A DNA stretch of 34,787 nt from the IMG/VR virus record IMGVR_UViG_2630968342_000019. One strand, written 5' to 3'. The notes below the pieces were generated by a model. That model had not been told where the DNA came from. It ran no database searches and was given only the letters and a program-made list of their open reading frames with translations. This document shows positions 17,077 to 26,815 of the stretch, one piece after another (position 1 is the stretch's first letter; the number at the start of each line of letters is the position of its first letter). This DNA comes from a virus. Lineage: Duplodnaviria; Heunggongvirae; Uroviricota; Caudoviricetes. A program made the translations under genes and the position numbers.

Positions 17077-17574
17077 TTAAGCCGGTACGCCGCCAGCGGT
17101 ACGCCAGACGGTGACCAGTTTTTCCAGTGAATGCTCACGCTGACCGTAACCGGCACCCGGCAGGGACGCCCAGATATTGCGACAGCGTGAAATGGCGCGC
17201 TCAATGCGTCCCGCCCGGATGTCATCCAGTGCACCGCGTTCGCGGATCAACTGAATGGCGAGTCTGTCCTGTGACAACGGGCTGAAATCAGGCAGGGCAA
17301 GCTGTTTACGGTAGTGCGGCCAGAACAGGTAAAGCTGCTGATAGCGACCGGAGGCCGTGGATTTTTCACCGCGACGGTTAAACACCTTCGCCGGTCGGCC
17401 ATGTGCGAACGGGTGGTCACTGTAGTCGGTGAAAATTTCCGGCTTTCCGTCCAGTCCGGTGACTATCACGTCATAGCCCCGGTTTTTTGTCAGCGGATGA
17501 TTCGCCGTCCCTTCGGACACGGCCAGCATGTCGAGAAAGGCGGCGATATTCTGATGCGTGTTAATTACCGGCAT
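17077..17574 (-). CDS. K: Endolysin (P2 gpK-like lysozyme)
   Basis: 165-aa ORF, same length as P2 K, recognised as gpK; follows holin Y. Confidence 0.92.
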   Translation of the reverse strand: MPVINTHQNIAAFLDMLAVSEGTANHPLTKNRGYDVIVTGLDGKPEIFTDYSDHPFAHGRPAKVFNRRGEKSTASGRYQQLYLFWPHYRKQLALPDFSPLSQDRLAIQLIRERGALDDIRAGRIERAISRCRNIWASLPGAGYGQREHSLEKLVTVWRTAGGVPA

Positions 17575-17855
17575 TACGGTTTCCCCCTGCCCTTAAAGCG
17601 GCGCTGAATGGCAATCTCAATCACCTGATAACCGGCGATACCCAGCATGGAGCCGATGCCGCACACCGCAGGCAGTGGCAGGTCAGGAAACTGCACCAGA
17701 ACAACACCGGCAACCATCGAGACAAAACCACCGAGCAACATGCGCCCGATAAACAGACGCGGGGTGATGGGTTCACCACCGGCAAGCACCTTGCCGACAA
17801 CAATCAGCACCCCAATCATGAAAAGCGACAGGACGCTTTTTTCTTCTGCTGTCAT
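17574..17855 (-). CDS. Y: Holin (P2 gpY-like)
   Basis: 93-aa ORF with hydrophobic transmembrane segments and a charged C-terminal tail (RRFKGRGKP); same length as P2 Y. Confidence 0.9.
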   Translation of the reverse strand: MTAEEKSVLSLFMIGVLIVVGKVLAGGEPITPRLFIGRMLLGGFVSMVAGVVLVQFPDLPLPAVCGIGSMLGIAGYQVIEIAIQRRFKGRGKP

Positions 17856-17858
17856 GCG

Positions 17859-18062
17859 TTACTCCCACAGATTGACAGTTTCAGCCACGGGCGCGGTCTG
17901 AACGTCGGGCAGTTCGACGGCGGTGCCATGTGGCAGCACCGCCCCCAGTTCAGCCAGTCCCGGATTTGCGGCGAGCACAGCCTCGACCACGCCCTCAGTG
18001 CGCCCGTAATACCGGACACAAATGGCGTCAAGCGTGTCGCCCTGTAGCGCAAAGGTCTTCAT
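17859..18062 (-). CDS. X: Tail protein X (P2 gpX-like, LysM-like)
   Basis: 67-aa product starting at the internal Met (MKTFALQGDTLDAICVRYYGRTEGVV...), recognised as P2 X; the longer 90-aa ORF in the track is an upstream extension overlapping L. Confidence 0.85.
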   Translation of the reverse strand: MKTFALQGDTLDAICVRYYGRTEGVVEAVLAANPGLAELGAVLPHGTAVELPDVQTAPVAETVNLWE

Positions 18063-18571
18063 CAGATTTGACTCACGATGCAGCGCGGCTTGTCCTGGAT
18101 GCGCGCCACTGCCCAGCGCATATCCCGCCACAGCTCATCAATGGTGCTGTCAATGCTGTCGGCCTTCTTGTCGCCTTTCGCACTGGCATCCACGCCGCGA
18201 TAACGCTCATAAAGCGATGCGGTCGCCATCGCACACACGGCGCGCTCGTAGTAAAAAACTTTGATGCTTTCACCGTCGATGTCGTCCGCCGGGACGTCCG
18301 CCAGACGCGTAAAACCGGCAGCAATTTTCTGTTCGCGGTACTCGTACAGCTCCGCATTCGTTTCAGCCATGCCTGACTTGATGGCCTCACGCAGACGGGC
18401 GGGAGCGACGGTCTGCTCAAGGCGCATACGTTCCCGGACGCGCTTCGGGTCGATATCGGGAAAAAAGAACGTGTTTTTAATCACCGGCTCATCGCCTGCC
18501 GGTTGCGGGATGACCACCGTACCCTCACCGGACACGGGAGCCTCCTTTCGCGGAATAATCAGCGTCATCAT
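18062..18571 (-). CDS. L: Capsid completion protein (P2 gpL-like)
   Basis: 169-aa product from MMTLIIPRKEAP..., recognised as P2 L; the track ORF is extended 20 codons upstream. Confidence 0.88.
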   Translation of the reverse strand: MMTLIIPRKEAPVSGEGTVVIPQPAGDEPVIKNTFFFPDIDPKRVRERMRLEQTVAPARLREAIKSGMAETNAELYEYREQKIAAGFTRLADVPADDIDGESIKVFYYERAVCAMATASLYERYRGVDASAKGDKKADSIDSTIDELWRDMRWAVARIQDKPRCIVSQI

Positions 18572-18670
18572 GACTACCTCTGAAAAGTCGGGCGGTGGAC
18601 GCCGGTACAGTGTCAGGTGATTCACCCTCACAGACCGGCGTGCCGCCCTGGCGCGGGGCGCATTCGGTTG

Positions 18671-19414
18671 TTAACTGGCTTTCTTTTTCGGGCGTCCACG
18701 TTTTGCCGGTGTCGCACTCCGGGTCTTACGCGTGGTACGGGTGGCCGCTTTGGGTTGCGGCTCCGGCTTCGGTTTCAGCTCCCGCTCCAGTCGTTCAATC
18801 TCTTTTTTGACGCCTGCCTGACAGTCGAGCTGTGTCGCACGTTGCAGGTGAGCCAGCGCACCGGCGGCATCACCACCGTCACGCAGAAACAGACCGGTAA
18901 TTTTGTGCAGCTTTGCGCGCACTTCATCAGGCATGTCAGCCGTGGCGGTCAGTTCAAGGGTCTCCGTCAGCAGGCGGGTATCCACAGACTCACCGGCAGC
19001 GTGAGCGCGCATGGCCGCAAGCGCTACCTCCTCGGTGAACATGTACGGCGGGGTACGGCGGTGTTTACCCGGCATGGTCAGACCGTACTTCAGGGCATAA
19101 CGGGCAATCTCCAGCGCACCGGCAATATCGCCGGTATCCAGACGCCACAGCATGACCGTCATCAGAATGTCATCCTGTGCACCTTTGCCCTGCTCCAGCA
19201 CGCCGTTCACCCACGGCAACCAGAACGGCAGCAGTTCGCGTTTTTTCGCGGCCTTCAGCTCTTTTGAATAAATCGCTTTCAGTGTGCGCTGGTCTGCGGC
19301 GAGCTTAACCAGCATCTGCTCATAGACAGTTGCATGTCGCAGCGGGGCGGCTTCCCGCTGCGCGGTCATCGCTGCCGAGACCCGCATCATGTGGCGCTGT
19401 GCGGGACTCGTCAT
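18671..19414 (-). CDS. M: Terminase small (endonuclease) subunit (P2 gpM-like)
   Basis: 247-aa ORF, same length as P2 M; basic Lys/Arg-rich C-terminus. Confidence 0.92.
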   Translation of the reverse strand: MTSPAQRHMMRVSAAMTAQREAAPLRHATVYEQMLVKLAADQRTLKAIYSKELKAAKKRELLPFWLPWVNGVLEQGKGAQDDILMTVMLWRLDTGDIAGALEIARYALKYGLTMPGKHRRTPPYMFTEEVALAAMRAHAAGESVDTRLLTETLELTATADMPDEVRAKLHKITGLFLRDGGDAAGALAHLQRATQLDCQAGVKKEIERLERELKPKPEPQPKAATRTTRKTRSATPAKRGRPKKKAS

Positions 19415-19417
19415 CGG

Positions 19418-20491
19418 TTACGCTCCAGGCTCTGCGGTCGCTTTAGCCAGTGTGGAGAAATCACCGACCTTAATTTTTTCCACCAGACAACCGGCGGCGT
19501 AGTCTTCCACCACGTAATCAATGTTCATTGACTCGTAGTTCTCCACGCGGTCGAGTTTCGGGTTTTCCTCAATCACGCGGCGATGGCTGTCATCCATGTA
19601 GTAGATGGACAGGTTTTCCAGCTTTGTGATGAGCATCGCATCCGCCGGGAAGTACGGGACGCGTACCGCCGGCAGGTTACCGATGCGTTTCTGGCTGATG
19701 ATGACGTCAGCGGCCAGCATTTCGCTGTTGTCCTGCTCCTTGTTGACGATGGGAAAATACTTGTCCGCCAGTAGCTGACGTCCCACAATCACCACAAGGT
19801 CAGGGTCTTCCTGATACCACGGCTCAATCAGGTTGTTGGTCGCATCCATCACCAGTGCGTCAAGGCTGGCATAATCACCGCCCTTACCCACGCGGATAAC
19901 CTCAGAGGTGGTGTGCCCTTCCTCGTCAGTGACCTTGCTCATCACGCGCGCCGGTGCTTCATTGCGGTATTTCTGCAGCCAGCCGACCGCCACATCCTGT
20001 AGCATCGGATTACTGCTGCGGTCAGAGGTTTCGGCACGCCTCACGCCGTTAAAACCGGCCATGATTAAATCAAGGGACTGGCGTTTGATAATGGCGTTAC
20101 GGACACGGAGCTGGAAATCCTGATAACGCGCCCACAGGTCAAGCGTTTTGTAGCGGATATAAAAATCGAAGTTAATCTGGTCGCATTCGTACTTGTTTGA
20201 CGCCAGCTTCGAGAAGTCCTTCGGCTGACGCTCGGTGCCACCGGCGGTGTCGCTGGTGCTGGCGATGGAGCCGGTGACACCAATACCAATTTTTTCCCCT
20301 TTCATTTCGCTGACCGGCACAATGTTGATGCGGGTCAGAAAGTCAGAGGACTCCTGCATGGTGTTCATCAGGGTCTGGGTGACCGACGGTTCAACGGTGA
20401 ATTTTTTCGACACATCACCGGCGTCGATGCCGTTCAGTTCGGCAACACGGGACAGGTAGGCATTAAATTTAAAGCGGGTTTCCTGGCGCAT
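19418..20491 (-). CDS. N: Major capsid protein (P2 gpN-like)
   Basis: 357-aa ORF, same length as P2 N, recognised as the major capsid precursor. Confidence 0.93.
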   Translation of the reverse strand: MRQETRFKFNAYLSRVAELNGIDAGDVSKKFTVEPSVTQTLMNTMQESSDFLTRINIVPVSEMKGEKIGIGVTGSIASTSDTAGGTERQPKDFSKLASNKYECDQINFDFYIRYKTLDLWARYQDFQLRVRNAIIKRQSLDLIMAGFNGVRRAETSDRSSNPMLQDVAVGWLQKYRNEAPARVMSKVTDEEGHTTSEVIRVGKGGDYASLDALVMDATNNLIEPWYQEDPDLVVIVGRQLLADKYFPIVNKEQDNSEMLAADVIISQKRIGNLPAVRVPYFPADAMLITKLENLSIYYMDDSHRRVIEENPKLDRVENYESMNIDYVVEDYAAGCLVEKIKVGDFSTLAKATAEPGA

Positions 20492-20549
20492 AGTTTTTCC
20501 TGAAATTAAGGGTTAATCGTGAAGGTTTTCCCGGACTGACTGACACCGG

Positions 20550-21404
20550 TCAGCAGTTCGTCATCAGGGCGTCACCGCCACCGCCGGTGGCTTTACTGCG
20601 GCGCTGCTGGGTCAGACTTTCGGTGTGGTCGAGACTGTTTTTCAGGCGGGTGAATGCCTGACTGGTTTCATCCGCCCTGTCAGTCACATCCTGCTTAAGT
20701 GCGGAAAAGGCGGTTTCCATCTCAGCAAGGCGCTGCTCAGTGGCGCTCAGTTTTTCCTGCACATGCTCAGCGACAGCGGTCACCGCTTCATGCACGTCAT
20801 TCAGACGGGCGTCATCGCTGGCCTGTTTGCGGCCAAAAATGGATTTCACCTTTTCGGTCAGGGCTGTGAACACGGTTTCAGGCAGGTCTTCAAATTCCAG
20901 CTCAACAGGCGTTGCCACTGAAATCAGGTTTTCAGGGCTTAATTTGAAGCGGTTCAGGGGGTTGTGTTTTGCCGTGCGGCAGAATTCCAGGTATTCCGTA
21001 CCGAGGCTTGCCGGGTCATCGGTGACGGCCAGCCCCACCAGATAACATTTGCCGGTGTTGGCAAAGTTCGGCTGAATTTCCATTGAGGTGTAGACCTTCT
21101 GCGCGGCCTTGTTCATCGCGATAAGGTCATCGGTCGGGGTGATTTTCGCAAACAGCGCCCATTTGCCTTTCAGCGCCGAATCGTCATCAATCTTTTCGGC
21201 CTTCAGTTCGACCACATCGCCATAACGTTTAAAAATGCCGTCAGGCAGGATGCCGCGCAGATGTTCCAGGTTAATGCGGCAACCATAGACTCGCGGGTCA
21301 AAGGTTTCGGCCATTTCCTGAATATCCTGCGCACTGATGACACGCCCGTCACAGGTGTCACCCTCAACGCCGATACGAAAGAATTTTGAGACTTTTTTTG
21401 CCAT
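20550..21404 (-). CDS. O: Capsid scaffolding protein (P2 gpO-like)
   Basis: 284-aa product from MAKKVSKFFRIGVEGDTCDGRVISAQD..., recognised as P2 O; the track ORF is extended 22 codons upstream. Confidence 0.9.
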   Translation of the reverse strand: MAKKVSKFFRIGVEGDTCDGRVISAQDIQEMAETFDPRVYGCRINLEHLRGILPDGIFKRYGDVVELKAEKIDDDSALKGKWALFAKITPTDDLIAMNKAAQKVYTSMEIQPNFANTGKCYLVGLAVTDDPASLGTEYLEFCRTAKHNPLNRFKLSPENLISVATPVELEFEDLPETVFTALTEKVKSIFGRKQASDDARLNDVHEAVTAVAEHVQEKLSATEQRLAEMETAFSALKQDVTDRADETSQAFTRLKNSLDHTESLTQQRRSKATGGGGDALMTNC

Positions 21405-21577
21405 TGTCAGGAGTCCTGAATAGTGATTAGAGGAGTCACATGTCGGCATCAGTTTCCCGACGATGCGCATCCTCCGCCATCAGTCCCGGATGGCTTATCA
21501 CTGACACAACAGCACCTTAGCGAATCGCGGGGCGCGACTCAGTAGCCTTGCCGTGTATTCATCACGGCGAGGTATTC

Positions 21578-23350
21578 ATGACCATCACCACAGACACCAC
21601 TCTTTTGCACGACCCGCGTCGTCAGGCGGCGCTGCTGTACTGGCAGGGGTTTTCCGTGCCGCAGATTGCCGCCATGTTGCAGATGAAACGCCCGACGGTG
21701 CAGAGCTGGAAACAGCGCGACGGCTGGGACAGCGTTGCCCCCATCAGCCGTGTCGAAATGAGTCTGGAAGCGCGGCTGACCCAGCTCATTATCAAACCGC
21801 AGAAAACCGGCGGTGACTTCAAGGAAATTGACCTGCTCGGACGCCAGATTGAACGACTGGCACGGGTAAACCGCTACAGCCAGACCGGCAACGAGGCAGA
21901 CCTTAATCCGAACGTCGCTAACCGCAACAAAGGCGGGCGTCGCAAACCGAAAAAGAATTTTTTCAGCGACGAGGCTATCGAAAAGCTGGAGCAGATTTTC
22001 TTTGAGCAGTCTTTCGAATATCAGTTGCACTGGTATCGCGCCGGGCTTGAGCACCGCATCCGCGATATCCTGAAATCCCGCCAGATTGGCGCGACGTTTT
22101 ATTTTTCCCGCGAGGCGCTGCTGCGCGCCCTGAAAACAGGTCATAACCAGATTTTTCTGTCGGCCAGTAAAACGCAGGCGTATGTGTTCCGCGAATACAT
22201 CATCGCCTTTGCCCGTCTGGTTGACGTTGACCTTACCGGTGACCCGATTGTCCTGGGCAATAACGGCGCAAAACTGATTTTTCTCGGCACCAACTCCAAC
22301 ACCGCACAAAGTCATAACGGCGACCTGTACGTCGACGAGATTTTCTGGATCCCGAATTTTCAGGTACTGCGTAAGGTGGCATCAGGTATGGCCTCACAGA
22401 GTCACCTGCGCTCGACCTATTTCTCCACCCCGTCCACGCTGGCGCACGACGCCTACCCGTTCTGGTCGGGTGAACTGTTTAACCGGGGACGCGCCAGCGC
22501 CGCCGAACGCGTGGAAATCGACGTCAGTCATAACGCCCTTGCCGGTGGGCTTCTCTGTGCGGACGGCCAGTGGCGGCAGATTGTCACCATTGAGGACGCC
22601 CTGAAAGGCGGCTGCACGCTGTTCGACATTGAACAGCTCAAACGTGAAAACAGCGCCGACGATTTTAAAAACCTGTTCATGTGTGAATTTGTTGACGACA
22701 AGGCGTCGGTGTTCCCGTTCGAGGAGCTGCAACGCTGCATGGTCGACACGCTGGAAGAATGGGAAGACTATGCGCCGTTTGCCGCCAATCCGTTCGGCTC
22801 ACGTCCGGTATGGATTGGTTACGACCCGTCACACCGTGGCGACAGCGCCGGATGCGTGGTACTGGCACCGCCGGTGGTGGCCGGTGGCAAATTCAGAATA
22901 CTTGAGCGTCACCAGTGGAAAGGCATGGACTTTGCCACTCAGGCGGAATCCATCCGCAAACTCACCGAAAAATACAACGTCGAATACATCGGTATTGATG
23001 CCACCGGCCTCGGTGTCGGCGTGTTCCAGCTCGTGCGCTCGTTCTATCCTGCCGCGCGCGATATCCGCTACACGCCGGAAATGAAAACCGCAATGGTGCT
23101 CAAGGCCAAAGACGTTATCCGCCGTGGCTGTCTGGAATATGACGTCAGCGCCACCGATATCACCAGCTCGTTTATGGCTATCCGCAAGACCATGACCAGC
23201 AGCGGACGCAGCGCCACCTATGAGGCCAGCCGTAGCGAGGAAGCCAGCCACGCCGACCTCGCCTGGGCGACCATGCACGCCCTGTTAAATGAGCCACTCA
23301 CCGCCGGTATCAGCACCCCGCTGACATCCACCATTCTGGAGTTTTACTGA
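21578..23350 (+). CDS. P: Terminase large (ATPase) subunit (P2 gpP-like)
   Basis: 590-aa product from MTITTDTTLLHD..., recognised as P2 P; GGCGAGG Shine-Dalgarno just upstream; divergent from O as in P2. Confidence 0.92.
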   Translation: MTITTDTTLLHDPRRQAALLYWQGFSVPQIAAMLQMKRPTVQSWKQRDGWDSVAPISRVEMSLEARLTQLIIKPQKTGGDFKEIDLLGRQIERLARVNRYSQTGNEADLNPNVANRNKGGRRKPKKNFFSDEAIEKLEQIFFEQSFEYQLHWYRAGLEHRIRDILKSRQIGATFYFSREALLRALKTGHNQIFLSASKTQAYVFREYIIAFARLVDVDLTGDPIVLGNNGAKLIFLGTNSNTAQSHNGDLYVDEIFWIPNFQVLRKVASGMASQSHLRSTYFSTPSTLAHDAYPFWSGELFNRGRASAAERVEIDVSHNALAGGLLCADGQWRQIVTIEDALKGGCTLFDIEQLKRENSADDFKNLFMCEFVDDKASVFPFEELQRCMVDTLEEWEDYAPFAANPFGSRPVWIGYDPSHRGDSAGCVVLAPPVVAGGKFRILERHQWKGMDFATQAESIRKLTEKYNVEYIGIDATGLGVGVFQLVRSFYPAARDIRYTPEMKTAMVLKAKDVIRRGCLEYDVSATDITSSFMAIRKTMTSSGRSATYEASRSEEASHADLAWATMHALLNEPLTAGISTPLTSTILEFY

Positions 23351-24384
23351 TGAGCAAGAAAAAAGGGAAAACACAGCAACCTGCGGAAAAAAAAATGACC
23401 GCCAGCGCCCCGAAAATGGAAGCATTCACCTTTGGTGAGCCGGTGCCGGTACTCGACCGCCGTGACATTCTGGATTACGTCGAGTGCATCAGTAACGGCA
23501 GATGGTATGAGCCACCGGTCAGCTTTACCGGTCTGGCAAAAAGCCTGCGTGCTGCCGTACATCACAGCTCACCGATTTACGTCAAACGTAATATTCTGGC
23601 TTCAACGTTTATCCCGCACCCGTGGCTGTCCCAGCAGGATTTCAGCCGCTTTGTGCTGGATTTTCTGGTGTTCGGTAATGCGTTTCTGGAAAAGCGTTAC
23701 AGCACCACCGGTAAGGTCATCAGACTGGAAACCTCACCGGCAAAATATACCCGCCGTGGCGTGGAGGAGAATGTTTACTGGTGGGTGCCGTCCTTCAACG
23801 AGCCGACAGCCTTCGCGCCCGGCTCCGTGTTTCACCTGCTGGAGCCGGATATCAATCAGGAGCTGTACGGCCTGCCGGAATATCTCAGCGCCCTTAACTC
23901 TGCCTGGCTGAATGAGTCGGCCACGCTGTTCCGCCGCAAGTATTACGAAAACGGCGCTCATGCCGGATATATCATGTACGTCACTGATGCCGTGCAGGAT
24001 CGCAACGATATCGAAATGCTCCGCGAAAACATGGTGAAGTCGAAAGGCCGCAACAACTTTAAAAACCTATTTCTCTACGCCCCACAGGGAAAAGCCGACG
24101 GTATTAAAATTATCCCGCTCAGTGAAGTGGCAACGAAGGACGATTTTTTTAATATCAAAAAAGCCAGCGCCGCAGACCTGCTGGACGCGCACCGCATCCC
24201 CTTTCAGTTGATGGGCGGCAAGCCGGAGAACGTCGGGTCGCTGGGTGATATTGAGAAAGTGGCAAAGGTCTTTGTCCGCAATGAGCTTATCCCGTTACAG
24301 GACAGGATCCGCGAGATAAACGGCTGGCTCGGTCAGGAGGTCATCCGATTTAAAAACTACTCACTGGACACTGACAACGGCTGA
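23350..24384 (+). CDS. Q: Portal protein (P2 gpQ-like)
   Basis: 344-aa ORF, same length as P2 Q; start overlaps the P stop (ATGA). Confidence 0.93.
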   Translation: MSKKKGKTQQPAEKKMTASAPKMEAFTFGEPVPVLDRRDILDYVECISNGRWYEPPVSFTGLAKSLRAAVHHSSPIYVKRNILASTFIPHPWLSQQDFSRFVLDFLVFGNAFLEKRYSTTGKVIRLETSPAKYTRRGVEENVYWWVPSFNEPTAFAPGSVFHLLEPDINQELYGLPEYLSALNSAWLNESATLFRRKYYENGAHAGYIMYVTDAVQDRNDIEMLRENMVKSKGRNNFKNLFLYAPQGKADGIKIIPLSEVATKDDFFNIKKASAADLLDAHRIPFQLMGGKPENVGSLGDIEKVAKVFVRNELIPLQDRIREINGWLGQEVIRFKNYSLDTDNG

Positions 24385-24389
24385 ACATC

Positions 24390-24411
24390 GCCGCCTGCGG
24401 GCGGCTTTTTT
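24390..24411 (+). terminator. Rho-independent terminator downstream of Q
   Basis: Stem GCCGCC / GGCGGC (24390..24395 and 24400..24405) with loop TGCG, followed by TTTTTT (24406..24411). Confidence 0.65.
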
Positions 24412-24553
24412 ACACCCCGTCATCACGCCCTCACACGCTCACCACCGCACAAAACACCCCGCAGACACACCAACGCCTCAACGGGCAGACTAAGCGCCGT
24501 CACGACGCGCTGAGACGCTGAAAAAATAAAATCAGCACCACCGCCAGCGCGCA

Positions 24554-24572
24554 GTGCTTTCCCCGCCTCGCC
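24554..24572. promoter_or_regulatory. cos site (P2-type 19-nt cohesive-end sequence)
   Basis: Plus strand gtgctttccccgcctcgcc is the reverse complement of GGCGAGGCGGGGAAAGCAC, which I recall as the P2 19-nt cohesive end; it lies between Q and the A side of the genome, as in P2. Confidence 0.7.
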
Positions 24573-24815
24573 CGCCCGCTTCATGGGGCGGTTTTAATGC
24601 AGTTGCACAGCCATGTCAAAGCCATGTCAACACTAGCAGTATGTAAAAAGAGCAGATATAAGAAACAAATGCAGTTTCATGCAAAAAGCGACACACATCA
24701 TGTCATGAAACAAAGCCGCTAATGAACACTTGCTTTGGTTATCTTAAGGTTTTATCTTCAGCCTAACCTATTGATTGCATGAAACTAAAATGAACTCTCA
24801 GCAAGGAACGACTAT

Positions 24816-26774
24816 ATGTCAGATTTCGAAATTAAAATTGATTTGAATGTGCTAAATCACCTAGGGATGAGTCTCTATTCCAATACTCCCGCGGTACTAA
24901 CTGAGATTATATCAAATGCATGGGATGCAGATGCTCAAAATGTAGAAATTACACTTGATGTTGAGAAAGGAGAGGTCATCATTAAAGATGATGGTCATGG
25001 CATGTCTAAAGATGACATTATTAATAAGTTCCTAAAAGTCGGTTATGCTCGCAGGGAACATGGAAGAGCCAAAAGCGATCATCTAAAACGTCAAGTTATG
25101 GGCAGAAAAGGTATTGGTAAGCTTGCCATGTTTTCACTTGCCAATAAAATCCAAGTTTATTCTTACAAAAAGGGGGAACAGCCTCAGGCCTTTGAGGTAG
25201 ATGTCAAAGATTTACAGCAAAGTATCAAAGAATCAAAAAACTATATTGCTGACTCCCTTGAAATACCCGAAAATCTTGCTTACGGCACTACAATTAAATT
25301 ATTTGAACTAAAAAAAGCCATTGATAGGACTCAAACTTACCTCAGAAAGCGAATAGCTCGTCGATTTAGCATTATTGGCCCCAACCATAACTTTACAGTT
25401 AAAATTAATGGGACCGATATTACACCGGCAGATAGAGATTTCCTTTCAGATCTCGAGTTCATTTGGGAATTTGGCGAATCCGACCCTGAAAGGATAAAAT
25501 CCTGCACAAACATCACACAAAAAAACATATTACCAAATACTATTACCTTTGAAGGAAAAGATGTAAAAGTTAGTGGGTACATTGGCAGTGTAGTTAAGCC
25601 ATCACAGTTAAAGAAAGACCCTGAAATATCTAACAACAGCATTACTGTAATCTCTCACGGACGTGTTTTTGAGGAGGACATATTATTAGAATTTGGAAGT
25701 GCTAAAGTATTCACCAATTATCTGGTCGGTGAAATAGTCGCCGATTTTCTAGATGATAACGAAAAGCCTGATATGGCAACATCTTCTCGTCAAAAACTAC
25801 AACAGAATGATCCAAGATACCCTGTACTTAAAGGTTTTCTGGAAAGAACGCTACAACTAATCGATAAAGATTGGGATAAATGGAGACGCGAAAAAGGAGT
25901 AAATGAAGTTAAAAGCAATACTCCAATAGTAAGTGAATGGCTGAATTCTCTCAAAAAACATGAGAGAGAAAGTGCCGAAAAGTTAATTGGACGAGTAAAC
26001 ACATTCCGTTTTTCTGGTAATGAGGAAGAACAAAAAGCAGCAAGAAAAACCGTATTAAAAAATACGGTATTAGCCTTTGAAAGACTTAGAATTCAAGACA
26101 ACCTTGATGCATTAGATAAAATAAGCAACCTTCAATCAGAAAATTTTAAAGATGTATTTGCATCTGTCAATGACATTGAAGCAAGCATGTTTTATGAAAT
26201 TACTTCGCAACGCCTTAAAGTAATTGAAAAATTCCAAAAAATAACTGATGAAAATCAGCTTGAAAGAGCTGTACAAATGTATTTATATGATCATTTATGG
26301 TTATTGGATCCTTCATGGGAAAGAGTCACAGGCACATCTGTTATGGAGCAAACATTGACCAAGGAACTAAAACAGATAAACCCTGATGCTGCTAGCGGTG
26401 CTCGTATTGATATCGCTTTCAAAACCGTTTCTGGCAAGCATGTAATTATTGAGATGAAACGACCTAAAGTGCACCCAGATATAATGAACCTAGTCGCACA
26501 AGGTAATAAATATGTACAGGCAACGACACAATGGTTCTCCAATAACCCTAAAAATTGCCCAGGTGGAAATATACCGCATATAGAAGTAATATTCCTGGTT
26601 GGCTCTGGATATTTACAAGAGAACCAACACTTTATAAATATGCAATTACTTTCTATCAATGGAAAAATATTGACATATAATGACCTAATCGTGCAATCAA
26701 AACAAGCCTATGCTGAATATCAAGACAAAAAGAATGATGCAGCTAGAATTATGAAAATAGTTGAGGGAATCTAA
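24816..26774 (+). CDS. GHKL-type (Bergerat-fold) ATPase fused to a predicted PD-(D/E)xK-like nuclease domain; cargo at the P2 tin/old position
   Basis: 652-aa ORF with an AAGGA Shine-Dalgarno. N-terminal GHKL motifs read directly: N-box E-IIS-NAWDA, G1 box DDGHGM, G2 box GRKGIG. C-terminal region contains ...GARIDIAF-x11-VIIEMKRPK..., consistent with a D...E-x-K nuclease core. AT-rich composition contrasts with the phage core. Confidence 0.75.
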   Translation: MSDFEIKIDLNVLNHLGMSLYSNTPAVLTEIISNAWDADAQNVEITLDVEKGEVIIKDDGHGMSKDDIINKFLKVGYARREHGRAKSDHLKRQVMGRKGIGKLAMFSLANKIQVYSYKKGEQPQAFEVDVKDLQQSIKESKNYIADSLEIPENLAYGTTIKLFELKKAIDRTQTYLRKRIARRFSIIGPNHNFTVKINGTDITPADRDFLSDLEFIWEFGESDPERIKSCTNITQKNILPNTITFEGKDVKVSGYIGSVVKPSQLKKDPEISNNSITVISHGRVFEEDILLEFGSAKVFTNYLVGEIVADFLDDNEKPDMATSSRQKLQQNDPRYPVLKGFLERTLQLIDKDWDKWRREKGVNEVKSNTPIVSEWLNSLKKHERESAEKLIGRVNTFRFSGNEEEQKAARKTVLKNTVLAFERLRIQDNLDALDKISNLQSENFKDVFASVNDIEASMFYEITSQRLKVIEKFQKITDENQLERAVQMYLYDHLWLLDPSWERVTGTSVMEQTLTKELKQINPDAASGARIDIAFKTVSGKHVIIEMKRPKVHPDIMNLVAQGNKYVQATTQWFSNNPKNCPGGNIPHIEVIFLVGSGYLQENQHFINMQLLSINGKILTYNDLIVQSKQAYAEYQDKKNDAARIMKIVEGI

Positions 26775-26779
26775 TTATA

Positions 26780-26803
26780 CCCCCCTGTTTTTTGACAGGG
26801 GGG
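26780..26803. terminator. GC-rich hairpin between convergent genes (probable bidirectional terminator)
   Basis: Perfect 9-bp stem CCCCCCTGT / ACAGGGGGG with loop TTTTTG, placed between the stop of the GHKL gene (26774) and the stop of the methyltransferase (26816); flanking U-tracts are weak. Confidence 0.5.
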
Positions 26804-26815
26804 ATGACATAAGTT

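Noticed and set aside
21405-21577. Searched the P/O divergent region and the region upstream of FI (6304..6400) for Ogr-type late-promoter dyads (TGT-N12-ACA)
   Set aside because: Only near-matches were found (TGG-N12-ACA at 21491..21508; TGT-N12-ATA at 21405..21422), so I do not annotate late promoters; my recollection of the consensus may also be imprecise.
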